DNA of 63,442 nucleotides, the filler included, from Octopus bimaculoides (Eukaryota): NCBI RefSeq assembly GCF_001194135.2. It is 6 parts of 5 records of this genome, joined end to end, with 100 filler letters (N's around TTAATTAATTAA, not from the genome) between each part and the next. Parts side by side here need not be neighbours in the genome. Positions count along the whole stretch, not along the records: positions 1 to 22,550 come from NC_068993.1; positions 22,651 to 29,926 come from NW_026311300.1; 4 more parts are not named here. One strand, given 5' to 3'. Position 1 is the first letter of the stretch. Each line of letters opens with the position of its first letter. The notes under the pieces are model-generated. The model was not told where the DNA came from, searched no databases, and saw only the letters and a list, made by a program, of their open reading frames with translations. A program made the translations under genes and the position numbers. Shown here piece after piece: positions 11,563 through 24,106 of this stretch.

Positions 11563-14500
11563 CCTTTCTTTATTGGCTACAAGGGCTGAACACAAAACAG
11601 AGAGAGACAATACAAAACAAGAGACATATGGGGTTTAAACAGAAAATGTGTAAACAATAAAAAAATTAAAACAGTAAAAAAATTAAACAACAAAATTCCT
11701 CAATAGGGAGGAGTTCCACCCAGGGCCAACCAGGGCACCCCACATATCCTGGTCATCCCGACAACCAAGGGTACGCCAGACAGACACACCTCTTCTCCTC
11801 AACTGCTCCGACTTACAGAATATTCAGAGTAGGCCCATTCACACGAGCCATTTTCGCAACATTCATCCACCTTTCAACAAAATTACTGGAGTGGAGGCTG
11901 TATTTCCCTCTCTACCCTCCTTTTCCTTTTCAAGTTTCACTTGAAAAAGCCGATGAGGGCTCAGCTGAAGAGGAAAGTGTCTGTCTTCAGTCCTTTCAGC
12001 CTCGTCCACCACACTACCTCTTTCGCTATAGCTACCGCTTGAGGAAAAACGCCGTTCCTCCGACCAAAAGAAGGTGGCAGGGCGATCCTCACGATGGACT
12101 CGGTTGATAACCGGATCCGTCCTACACGTAACGACAGCTTTTCGACAAAGCTCCACGAGTCAGTAATGCACAGACACAGGACGAGTACATGCAGAACTGC
12201 TTCATCACCCTGTGCACACCTTGGATAGGTCCGTCTGATAGCATTTCCGTGTCTGTAGAGCTTGTCTCGAGCCGGCAGAGCTCTCTGGTAGCACTACCAA
12301 GCCAGGGATTTCTGGAAGTTATCCATAGGCCCTGGCCCAAAATTCCTCTGGAAAAGACCGGTTAGTTGATCCCTTTCGACGCCCAGAGTTTCCCCGAGGA
12401 CGTAGTCGCCTTTTCCTTCAACTAATCTTCTATAGAACTCCATGGTGGAACCACCACCGACCGCGTTGCCCGACTGGCAGCAGGCCATGAATGCTTACTG
12501 ATACTCCAGGTACCAAGCGTCCTTTCTTGGTATACGCTTGACCCAGGACTGTAGCTCCGTCAATGAGATGAGCTGCAGAAAGTCCTGTTTGACGAACGGC
12601 AACCACACCTCCTCACCGTTAAGGAAACGCTGGAGATGTCGCAACCTCAGTGTATGTCTACACATCATTAGCCATGGCATGCTCAGTCCTCCACTCAGCA
12701 GCTGTTGACAGCAGATGGACTTCTGACAAGCGGAACACGTCCCCTCCATAGAAAGTGGAGGAGCATGCGCTCCATCTTTATCAGGCACAAAGTGGGGCAA
12801 GGGACGACGGTCAGGCGATAGTAGATGACAGATGCGATGTACGCATTCGCCATCTCCACCCGACCTTTCAGGGACAGCTTCCTCTCAACCCATTTCTGGG
12901 TGAGATTGGCTACCCTGTTCGTCACCTCAACCCAGTTCTTGTCCACCTGGAGGTCTGTACCAAACCAGACACTGAATAATTTAACCGGTCCTTCCGTCCA
13001 CCGCCTAAAACGCTGTCGGTTGGTATGGACCTGCCTCTCCAGGTGCCGAGCTACAGGCCCAACGACTTTTCCTGGTTGATCTTTGCTCCTGTCACCACTT
13101 TGTACTCCCTTAGAGCAGTGCCGACCACCTCGATTTCCGAAATGTCCGACACTATTACCGCGATGTCATCCGCTTAAGCCGATACGAACCATCCGCATGC
13201 TAGAACATGCGGAGTGTCCCTCGAAACATACAGCTTCCGCAGCAATGGCTCTAGAGCCAGTACGTACAGAAGAGATGAGAGTGGGCATCCTTGACGGACC
13301 GAACGAGCAATGCTAACGGGTTCCGATAGGTGGCCATTTACTTTGACCAAACAAATATCGCTGTACATTGTAGTGATCCAGCCTCTGAAAACGGGACCGA
13401 AACCCGCTGCCGCGAGGACAACCTCCCAGTATCGGTGATCGACCCTATCAAAAGCTTTCGATTGATCCAAATTGACTAGGGCCCCAATCATACCAGGTTC
13501 ATTACCCACCTCTCTATGATGTATCGCGTGAGGTGGAGGTTGTCGTGGATAGTTCTGTTTGGAATAGCGTACGTCTGCGCATCACCAACCAACTTATTGA
13601 CGACAAGTGCCAGCCTCTTGGCCAAAATCTTATAATCTACATTAACCAGTTATAGGCCTAAAATTATCACTTTCGTCCCCCTTGTTCGAGTCTTTCCTCA
13701 ACAACACGGCTCACAGCACTGAGAAATCTCCCATTCTGCTGCCAGTTGTGGTAGACGTCTGCCAAGAGACCACCGAACAAGTTTGGCATATGAAAATAAA
13801 GCTTGAAGGCCAGACCATCCCACCCCGGAGAATTCTCTCTTGTGCAGGCCGTTCGCAAAACTCTGAATCTCTTGCTGAAAGGCGCGGCATGCCACTGAGA
13901 TGGGAGGCGAAATCTACCACTGTCCCAGAACTACCACGCGCACCATACAGTTCGGCGAAGTACCGCTGAAATTCTGCTTGTACTCATACGCCCATCACAG
14001 CTCGCCAAAGACCGAATTGTTACTTTGTTTCCATGTAGCCCCTCTGTCACCCGGGTCCATCGAACGGCTTTCGTCTCTTCCCGTTTCAGTGCACGCGCCA
14101 TAGCTCTGACGACGCAACCTTCGGGCTCGGCATTGAAGAATTGATCATTAGTCAATCTCGCCGCTAGAACGTCGGTCGCTATGCTTTTCCTAAGAGCCTC
14201 TTTTAACTTCCTAGCTAGGTCTTCTACCCCAGATTCCTCTAACGCTATTTTCTTGCTAAAACCTACCGTCTCTATTCTAATAGCCCTTTTCAGGGCTATC
14301 CACCATCAGCTGTTGACGATTGCGCCTGCCAACTCTCGATGGACTAACTTGCTAACCCGGTCTCGGAAAGCTTGGCGCGCTGGGAAGGACGCATTCAGAT
14401 TCCATTATCCGGAGCCCTGTCTATGGATCCTAATCTATGTCAACCGTACAGATCACAAATTTATAGTCCGTGTACCCGACGACTTTGAAACGTGGACAAC

Positions 14501-17185
14501 TTATACTACTTCTATCAACTGGCCTACAAAATACTCTATCTAGATACGATCTAGAAGACCCGATGTGATTCGCTCATGTCCATATTGGCGCATTCGATAA
14601 ATCTAGTCAGTACCTGTCAGCCAAATGGAAGCGACTGAGCAAGTTTGTAAGACTTTGAGTCCCCCTCTCCTTTCAGCTAGCCCCATCCTTTCCAGGCGTA
14701 CGTCCAAGATGGCAATCCAATCACTCGCTAACATTATAGAGCGTGGAATCTCAAGGAAAACCTCCAAGCGTCTGAAGAAATCTAGCTGCCCCTCCCCCTT
14801 GGGGTGGGGTAAACAGCGAATAGTCTAAAGGCCCCGCCTTCACAGTCGCTCACGCCCAGGACCCCCAACGTTCGGGTCCAGGAAGATCGTCCGAACTTCG
14901 AGATCCAGGCCTTTCCTAATCTGTATTGCCACCCTGTCTCCCAATCCGGGCTGACTAAGAGATGCATAAATCTCATAATCATCGAAGATGGGTGCAAGAT
15001 CGCGTGTGTCGGAAATCCTGGTCTCACTGTCTACTGTCATATCCAAACTTAGCAACATGAGGTCATTGAGTAAGCGACCTTGCTTCCAGGGTAATCTCAG
15101 GCCGCGAACATTTATGCAATCCACTCTGAAAATCGCCATGACGGCTCGAAAAGGTTGAAGAAAAGAAGTAAAGTGGGGTTACTTACGCTCCTAGTGCTGT
15201 TGGCAGCCGAGTGACCCTAGCTCCGGATCTGGTTCCTCGGGGGAATCGGAAAAAGCCGCTTCGTAGCGCGGACGTTTGGCCTTCCCACGTCATGCGGAGA
15301 AATCCCTCTGAATTTCTTTGTATGCTTTGAGGGGTAGCCGAATTAGCATTAAGTAATCCGGGTCCTTAAGGGTGCTGGTGTCGTAAATTACTCCCTCTCT
15401 CTCTCAATGTCCTTGTTTCTGGCTGAGAGCCAACAAAGTTTTGTTGGCTCTCCTCACAAGCACATAATTTGGTGTTTCTGTATTGGTGACTGTGATTTTC
15501 TTTTGGGGGCTACGTGTGGTTGTGAGTGCATTGGTGGATTTGGTTGGGAGTAGTGGTGGTTGTGGGGATAGTGATTCTGGTGTTGTTTTTGCTATGTTTA
15601 TGTTCGATACGCTGCGGGTTTATTTTTTCAGGTGTTAGTATAGGTTCGTCTGTCTTCTTTTTCCTTTGTCTTTTGTGTTCTTTATTTTTTTCTTTTTCTG
15701 GTTTGTAAGGTTTTTCCTCGCCTTCACTATGGGATGTGGAGGGACTAGTGTCTGTAAGATCTGTCTCGGGGTGTGTATCTGTGATAGTGCGAGCGTGTTT
15801 GTGTCAGTGCATGCTTGAGAGAGGAGTTGAGGAGGTTCACATGCCTCTGTTGCTGGAGATGAGGCTACCGTTTTATTAAAAGGTCTCTGTTGTTGATGTT
15901 ACTGTTGTTGGGGGTGCAATGTAAGCTGCAGGTGTAGCCGCATGTCTCCCAACTTTTGGGGGAAGAAGGTTCTCAGATGGCTTGTGGCCCCACTGATGTC
16001 ACATCTGGGCTTCCTGCCTTCCACGACGACACGCAGTTCCACGACGTTGGGCAGCTGTATCAGGTCCGGGATCTTCTCGATATTTTTTCTGGTTTTACAT
16101 TAATTAATATTCCCAAATTGATCCCACACCAGTCCTCCCTCCCGATACTTTTTACCTCCACACACAGGCGACAATCCGCCAAACGTTTACGCCCGGTGGC
16201 ACGCCATTTACTCTAATTCTGGTAGTTCTCTCTGAGTGGTATGTGGGATACAGGATCAACTCCTCAGTCCACCAGGGTGACACTGCGTGTCTTCGTGCGA
16301 GATCCCCACTTTTAAAGAGGAACTCAATGCTGGCTAACTGCCTCCCTCTCTGTATATAGGCCACATCTATTAAATTTTCTCTGAAGGCCTTCTCAACATG
16401 ACTGATGGACGTTATTTCAGCTCTCATACTTTCGCGTGATACGTATCTAAAGTATACTGTCTTCTCTTTTGTCTCTAATATTTCGGGAGGTCCGATCACT
16501 GCAGCCTTACTCCCCTCGAATTTAATGAGATCTTTCACTTTCGTCAGTTCACGAGTTTTGTCATCGAGTGCGATAACATTTCTCTCTTTACGTTCGCTAC
16601 ACCAGCAAACCTTTTATTTTTGCTATTTGTTTTGTTGTTGTCGTCGTCATTGCTGCTGTTGTTGTTGTTGTTGTTACTGTTGCTGCTGTTGCTGTTTCTC
16701 GCGTTGTTGTTACTACCATTACCACTTCCGCCGCCGCTGTTGTCACTGCTGCCGCTGCTGTCAATACTACCACTGCTGTTGTCGATGTTGCCACTGCGTT
16801 ACTACGAGGTGGACTTTGTACTTTTACTCCCTCCCTTTTCTCCTCCATCTCTCTTGTATCGTTGCCAGTAACGGAGCGATGGGAGGGAAATCTTCAGCAG
16901 TCACTAGACCTGCGGGAGGGACAGCTTTTTTCTTTGTAACTCTTCCAAAATGCGCTCAGCCATCTTGGTGAATTGTATATGATTAAACGCCCACCGAACT
17001 TATTTTGTGAGTCAAATATAACTCTGTGAGGAGCCAAACAAAGACAGAAAACCAGTGACAGGTTCCTGGTGTTTCTATTAACAAATTGGAACAAAATGTA
17101 AAACGAAAAAACGGCACCAAACTGGTGTAAACAAATGTTTTAGACTGAACTTATTTGGAGCGTTCGAAAACACGCTCAATGTACT
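11563..17185 (-). mobile_element. Tx1-clade non-LTR retrotransposon, copy 2 (different subfamily), near full length, decayed
   Basis: ORF1 ~17094-15145 (RTTRIRVNGVPPGVNVW, GRKPRC). ORF2 from 15139 reads MAIFRVDCINVRGL (APE), ALVNLDQSKAFDRVDH, RSVRQGCPLS, SLKGRVEMANAYIAS, DNFQKSLAWQC. 3' UTR 11563-~11860. The 5' boundary is approximate. Confidence 0.92.
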
Positions 17186-18038
17186 CCTTTGTGTACATAT
17201 GGTTGTGATGCATGTGCCTGGTGTACTATTAGCAGACGAGTAGTCATAATGGGTATACTGGGCTTCGTATATTTTACCCCAGTGTATTTTGATGGCATGC
17301 ACTGCTCTTTCACTAAAAAAGCAGAGAGTGAAGGTTTCATATTAGTTGCTCCAGACCAAAGCTTATTAACCCGGAACAACCAAGCCAACGTGATAAAAAA
17401 TGGAGCTAACCCAAAATGCCGATTTTGTAACGATGATATTGAAACTATAAACCACCTAATCTCAGGGTGTAGAGTCTTAGCATCTGTAGAATATAAAGCA
17501 AGACATGACAGAGTCGGCCAGTATTTACACTGGACAATATGACGGCATTATAAAATCAAAACCGCTGACAAATGGTATAAACACCATCCTGAAGCTGTGA
17601 CTGAAAGAGAAAATGAGTCGATTCTCTGGGACTTCCTTGTACATACCGACAAAACTATAAAAGCTAATAAACCGCATATTATTATAAAAGATCAGACAAA
17701 AAAGATGTCTTTATTAATTGACATGAGTATTCCTTGCGATCACAATATAGCGGCGAATGAATTTGACAAGATCAGTAAATATAAAGATTTGCTAATAGAA
17801 ATTGAAAAAATGTGGCATCTCATGGCGACTACCGTACTAGTGGTTGTAGGATCTCTAGGAATGATATTAAAAAAAAGTACTGAAACCTATTCGAAAATGA
17901 TACCAGGCCTACCATCCCTACAAGAAGTGCAAAAAATTGTGTTAACTAGAACGACTCATGTACTGAGAAGAGCATTATCGCTGTGAAAACGACATCCATT
18001 CATGATTTTATTTATTAATTTTTTACAGACATATTTTA
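17186..18038 (+). mobile_element. R4/Dong-clade RLE non-LTR retrotransposon, C-terminal portion
   Basis: From ~17310: KAESEGFIL..DQSL, CCHC finger CRFC..ETINHLISGC, RHD, then ILWDF..TD..IKANKPHIIIKD, LIDMSIP, KISKYKDL, VVVGSLG. One in-frame stop at 17540. Region 17186-17305 does not fit this protein and is inferred to be 5' sequence joined by an internal deletion. Confidence 0.85.
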
Positions 18039-18650
18039 NNNNNNNNNNNNNNNNNNNNNNNNNNNNNNNNNNNNNNNNNNNNNNNNNNNNNNNNNNNNNN
18101 NNNNNNNNNNNNNNNNNNNNNNNNNNNNNNNNNNNNNNNNNNNNNNNNNNNNNNNNNNNNNNNNNNNNNNNNNNNNNNNNNNNNNNNNNNNNNNNNNNNN
18201 NNNNNNNNNNNNNNNNNNNNNNNNNNNNNNNNNNNNNNNNNNNNNNNNNNNNNNNNNNNNNNNNNNNNNNNNNNNNNNNNNNNNNNNNNNNNNNNNNNNN
18301 NNNNNNNNNNNNNNNNNNNNNNNNNNNNNNNNNNNNNNNNNNNNNNNNNNNNNNNNNNNNNNNNNNNNNNNNNNNNNNNNNNNNNNNNNNNNNNNNNNNN
18401 NNNNNNNNNNNNNNNNNNNNNNNNNNNNNNNNNNNNNNNNNNNNNNNNNNNNNNNNNNNNNNNNNNNNNNNNNNNNNNNNNNNNNNNNNNNNNNNNNNNN
18501 NNNNNNNNNNNNNNNNNNNNNNNNNNNNNNNNNNNNNNNNNNNNNNNNNNNNNNNNNNNNNNNNNNNNNNNNNNNNNNNNNNNNNNNNNNNNNNNNNNNN
18601 NNNNNNNNNNNNNNNNNNNNNNNNNNNNNNNNNNNNNNNNNNNNNNNNNN

Positions 18651-18990
18651 ATAAGGCCAATGAAATAAGAGAACTAGACGAAAGCCAACCATATAAATAT
18701 TTAGGAGTCAATGAACTAGATAGGATACAACATACACAAATGAAAGAAAAAATAAAGAAAGAGTACTATAGACGAGTTAGATCAATACTAAAGACAGAGC
18801 TCAATGCTAAAAACAAGATAATGGGTATCAACACTTTAGCTGTCCCAGTTATAAGCTACAGCTACAACATCCTTAACTGGACACTAAACGAACTATCTAA
18901 AATAGACAGAAAAACAAGAAAAATAATGACAGGATATAGGATGCACCACCCAAAATCTGACATAGAAAGGCTATATATACAACGCACAGA
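18651..18990 (+). mobile_element. R4/Dong-clade LINE RT C-terminal/thumb fragment (second copy)
   Basis: YKYLGVNE...KKEYYRRVRSILKTELNAKNKIMGINTLAVPVISYSYNILNW...IDRKTRKIMT..RMHHPKSDIERLY. Confidence 0.85.
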
Positions 18991-19449
18991 AGGTTGCAGC
19001 TGTATAATATCCCTTCCGTTGAATTTACTTATATCCCTTCCGTTGAATTTACTTCAGGAACTTTGCAGTGGCAGTTAGGGTAATAGTATTAATTGATAGT
19101 AGGAGATGGATTTCGTATTAGACTTTTATTAGGTACAACATATATTTCAACTCATCAGTTTGTGTCACTTCAGGTACATTGATAAAGAAGTCTCACTAGA
19201 TATTTTTGGTGTCGGCTGGCTTGTTATATGCTCATCCAATTCCACAATGAATAAAAGTAACTTTCAGTGTTATCTCTAAATTCTATAGGCAATTTGTAGA
19301 GACAACTTAGCAGTGATTGAATCGCACTGGCAACATGAAAGTAAGACTCATTATTGGCTTATAAATCTTCAAAATACATGGCAGTATGTTATGATTACAA
19401 AACGAAATATAGTGTCCCTACTAGCAATATATATATATATATATATATG

Positions 19450-20200
19450 GGAGAATATACAAATAATAACAACAGACGAGGACAGGTGGTGTAAATAACA
19501 GAGTAAATTTTTTTAGGAATAGTTGTAATAGCTATAATTCCAAAAATGAGGATAATTTATGGTTCGTTATTCCATTTGGTAAGCAAATTAAATCAAACTT
19601 AGTTACTCTGTTCAGGAATGTAGTTAGTAGAAATTTTCCCAAAAACTCGCATTACTACAAAATCATAAACGCACATAAGGTAAGGTTTGGCTTTTCTAAT
19701 ACCAAGAATTTAACACAACTTATCGCCGCCCATAACTTGAAACTATTAAATTCTAATTTTATTGAAGAGTCTAGTAATATAAATATAGGTAATAATCTGA
19801 ATTTTCCACGTGACACAGTTATAGATAATCTAAATGTAAACAATAATAATAGTACCAATATTAATAATAACATAATAGTAATATCTGAACGTAATCCTAA
19901 TAGAATTAAATTCCTAAGTGGAAATGCAAAAACTAAAAATACGGTATACAAGTGTAATGTTTTAACCAAAAAAGGAATTTGGAGTTATATTGGCTCGTCT
20001 TCGCTTGAAATCTCGAGAAGAATATCGAATCATTATTCATCATTTAGAGATAGAAAGAAACAAAATAGCACGGCGCTTAGTAGTTTAATTTGGCAACTTA
20101 AAGACAAAATAAGGAGTATTCTTTAGAATGGTCAATTATAGGAGATACAATATTCCATATTTTATAACATACAGGAGTGAGTCGGGATATTGCATCGAAA
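19450..20200 (+). mobile_element. Penelope-like element 3' part (thumb/linker + GIY-YIG), Naiad-like
   Basis: Open frame ~19500-20126: LWFVIPFGKQIKSN..FPKNSHYYKIIN..NLTQLIAAHNLKLL, then VYKC..YIGSS..RRISNHYSSF..STALSSLIWQLKDK; after a frameshift NKEYSLEWSII. Clade assignment is inference. Confidence 0.75.
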
Positions 20201-20753
20201 TGTTCATAGGTCATTAAAAAGTTTCTTACAATGGATCGCGTTATAGCTCTTATTTAAATTGATATGCACACAAAATTGTATGACTAACAACCTTTCATAT
20301 GTGAATTTTGCTACGTTGAATATAGGTACAATATTTTTACNNNNNNNNNNNNNNNNNNNNNNNNNNNNNNNNNNNNNNNNNNNNNNNNNNNNNNNNNNNN
20401 NNNNNNNNNNNNNNNNNNNNNNNNNNNNNNNNNNNNNNNNNNNNNNNNNNNNNNNNNNNNNNNNNNNNNNNNNNNNNNNNNNNNNNNNNNNNNNNNNNNN
20501 NNNNNNNNNNNNNNNNNNNNNNNNNNNNNNNNNNNNNNNNNNNNNNNNNNNNNNNNNNNNNNNNNNNNNNNNNNNNNNNNNNNNNNNNNNNNNNNNNNNN
20601 NNNNNNNNNNNNNNNNNNNNNNNNNNNNNNNNNNNNNNNNNNNNNNNNNNNNNNNNNNNNNNNNNNNNNNNNNNNNNNNNNNNNNNNNNNNNNNNNNNNN
20701 NNNNNNNNNNNNNNNNNNNNNNNNNNNNNNNNNNNNNNNNNNNNNNNNNNNNA

Positions 20754-20771
20754 TAATAATAATAATAATAA

Positions 20772-20802
<31 letters not shown>

Positions 20803-21100
20803 AAGAAGAAGAAGAGAAAGAAAAATAAAAGAATGCAGGAGTGGTATGACAGTAGTAAGATGTTAAATGGTCAAGTGCCCTGAAAGCAACTTGTTGTGGA
20901 TGGTAGTAGTGATTGAATTCTTGAGGTATCTCTTTTGAATGTGTTGTTTTTAATATTTCCGTGGGTGTTATTCTAAGCAGCAGTATTAGTAAAGTAAGGA
21001 AGAAGGTGGCGGAGAGGAAGAAGACGAAGAAGAAGAAGAAGAAGAAGAAGAAGAAGAAGAAGAAGAAGAAGAAGAAGAAGAAGAAGAACAGCAACAACAA
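20754..21100. repeat. (AAT)n/(GAA)n tracts interleaved with PLE 3' segment repeats
   Basis: (GAA)n at ~20774-20815 and ~21017-21087. Confidence 0.9.
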
Positions 21101-22550
21101 CAATGCAGGAGTGGTATGATAGTAGTAGGAGGATGTTAAATGGTCAAGTGTCCTGAAAGTGTCTTGTTGTGGATGGTAGTAGTGATTGAATTCTTGCGGT
21201 AAAGTAAGGAAGGAGGTGGCGGAGAGGAAGAAGAAGGAGAAGAGAAACAATAATAAAAGAATGTGGGGTATGATAGTAGTAGGATGTTAAATGGTCAAGT
21301 GACCTAAAAGTGGATCGTTGTTGAATATAGTAGTGACTGGAACTGTTTTTAATGAATTCTTGGATATCTCTTTTGAATGTATCATTTTTAATATTTGCGT
21401 GTGTGTTTTAATCTAAGGGTCCCTGAATTGATAGAGGGGAAAAATTCTAAAGCTTGGATTTTTGTTATTGGCGCAAATGTCGATGTGTTGGCTGAATGCT
21501 ATTTTTCTATTTTTCGGAATTTTGATCTGGGATCTGTGCAGAGCCATCCTTTAACGTAACTGTTTTTGTTTGGCCTGTATATTGCTCTTGATACCCAGAG
21601 CAGGTTAGTGCGTATATCAGATTCTCCGAAGCACATGTGAAGCTACTTTTCACTGTGAAACATTATCCCTATTTGAAGGAGAACTTTGATCCCTCAATTA
21701 AACTGACACATATCCCACGGTTGGGTCTTCTGCATTTATTTTACTGACGGCTTCAGTGTTGTTGAGCGTATTCGGCTTGTGTTAGGAGACTTTTCATAGA
21801 TTTGGGCTGTTTCTTGCTTTTTATGATGGTGTGTGTTTGGAGGATTAAGTTCATTCTGTGATCCTTTTTTTAGCAGGGGAATGTTTCGAAGGATGGTGTC
21901 GAAGGCTTCATTGTTAAGAGGGTTGTGTTTTGAGATATATGGTACGGCTTTTGGTTGTAAATCCTTCTTTAATTTGGGATGTCTGAGTTCGTGGATCTTG
22001 AGCTGTAGGGTACGTTGAAAGCATATGTCAATTAGTGAAGGTGGGTAGTTCCTAGTGATGAGTGTATCCTTTAATTCATGTAGTCGTGTGTCTCTGGTGC
22101 TTGCATTAGAAACTATAGTACAAATCCTTTTTGCTACGTTGAAGGGGATATTCATTCTGCTGTGTCTGCACAGATCCCAGATCAAAATTCTGAAAATCAG
22201 AAAAATAGCATTCAGCCAACACATCGACATTTGCGCCAACAATAAAAATCCAAGCTTTAGAATTTTTCCCCTCTATCAATTCAGGGACGATACAACCTGT
22301 AGCCAACGAATTAGTAAAGAGCCGTTCTTTATCACAAAATACAAACCCCTTTTGAACGCATCTACAACAAATGACATATCCACCACGACCTTAGTATAAC
22401 ACATACGCAAATATTAAAAATGATACATTCAAAAGAGATGTCCAAGAATTCATTAAAAACAGTCCCAGTCACTACTATAATCCACATCGAGCCACTTTTA
22501 GGTCACTTGGCCATTTAACATCCTACTACTATCATACCACTCCCGCATTC
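20829..22550 (-). mobile_element. Penelope-like element (Neptune/Poseidon type), 5'-truncated, with inverted pLTR copy
   Basis: Minus strand from 22158: NIPFNVAKRICTIVSN..RL.EL...L..R.YP, VPYISKHNP, then GIY-YIG IYALTCSG..EQYTGQT. Segment 22165-22550 is an inverted copy of 21257-21545. The terminal ~100-bp segment is triplicated (20829, 21103, 21257). Confidence 0.85.
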
Positions 22551-22823
22551 NNNNNNNNNNNNNNNNNNNNNNNNNNNNNNNNNNNNNNNNNNNNTTAATT
22601 AATTAANNNNNNNNNNNNNNNNNNNNNNNNNNNNNNNNNNNNNNNNNNNNGCCGAAATTGGTTTTTATATCCTGGAAATGTGCCACACAGGGCAGATTTC
22701 CGTCGCAAAAAACTTGCACCAGAGAGTATACAAGTTGTTATACAACTTTGTATATAGAATAAACTTTACAAACAAACTTTTTAAAACATGAAAAAGTCAA
22801 AACTTACGGAGCCGACACGTCTA

Positions 22824-22881
22824 CCGTCTGTCCATAGAGATAGATAGATAGATAGATAGATAAATAGATAGACAGTCAGAC

Positions 22882-22945
<64 letters not shown>
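22824..22945. repeat. (GATA)n microsatellite
   Basis: Direct inspection. Confidence 0.93.
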
Positions 22946-22946
<1 letters not shown>

Positions 22947-22952
22947 TAATAT

Positions 22953-23395
22953 AGCAGTGAGAGTTTCTGAGTGTTAATTAACTTGCTTACCGACCACATG
23001 GTACAAGGTTCAGACCCACTGCGTGGCAACTTGGGCAAGTGTCTTCTATTACAGCCAAAAACTGTTTTGTGAGTGGATTTGGTAGACGGAAACTGAAAGA
23101 GGCTCGTATAAAATGTATGTGCGCGTGCGTGTGTTAGTGTCTGTGTTTGTGTCTATGTGTGTGTGTGCTTGAGTGTGTGTGTATATATATGTTTGTGTGT
23201 CTGTGTTAGTCCCAACATTGCTTGACAACCGATGCTGGTGTGTTTAAGTCTCCGTAACTGAGTGGTTCGGCAAAAATGAGCGATGGGATAAGTACTAGGC
23301 TTACAAAGGATAAGTCCTGGAGTCGACTTGCTCAACTATAAGTGGTGTTCTAGCATGGCCTCAGTCAAGAAACGAAACAAGTACAGGAATAAACG
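22953..23395 (+). mobile_element. tRNA-derived SINE family B
   Basis: CCACATGGT..GGTTCAG..CCACTGCGTGGCA.CTTGGGCAAGTGTCTT..GTGGATTTGGTAGACGGAAACTGAAAGA, internal (TG)n, 3' part to GCATGGCC.CAGTCAA; matches 25425-25850 and 47676-48060. Confidence 0.9.
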
Positions 23396-23414
23396 ACTAA
23401 ACGAATACATATAG

Positions 23415-23446
<32 letters not shown>

Positions 23447-23482
23447 ATACACACGCACATCAATATATATATGCATCTATAA

Positions 23483-23541
<59 letters not shown>

Positions 23542-24068
23542 CATACATACATACATACATGACCTGTGGTCAGTTCACCTTTCACTTCCTTTTTTACACT
23601 GTTACCATAGCTGACCAGTAGCAAAATCTCTCTCTATCCATTCTCCATCCTTCAAGACATTTTCTAACCATTACCCACTATTCTCATCTCCTTGGCTCCA
23701 CGGCCGTATTTTGATCGAACGTTCGTCCTTGTCCACCGTCCCAAATCACATTCTGTTGTGGTTTGCTTGTTTTCTTTCGTTTTGTGTCCTCAGGAACCTA
23801 ATTCTCTGCAGAAAACATTTTTTGGTAGCACCGCCAAATGGAAGCCCTCAGTCTTATCGTTAAAGGTGTGAAAGTGGATGTTGCCAATTTTCGATAATTG
23901 ATGACGAATTGCGGACCTTCACTTTGTCTCCCATTGATTTTTACATTCAGTATACGTTATGTCATTTGTTTATTTGCCATAATGTTTTTAATTTATATAT
24001 ATATATATTTATACCTATAAACACACACACAAACATACACAAACACACACACACAAACAAACACAGAT

Positions 24069-24106
<38 letters not shown>

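Noticed and set aside
19120-19180. Minus-strand CTGATGAG-TT-GAAA minimal hammerhead-like motif
   Set aside because: No valid stem III plus NUH triplet with a compatible stem I could be built.
22595-22606. TTAATTAATTAA palindrome centred in ~100-N gaps (also 29971, 37433, 51701, 62091)
   Set aside because: It is identical, always mid-gap and gives stops in all six frames, so it is an artificial scaffolding spacer and not biology.
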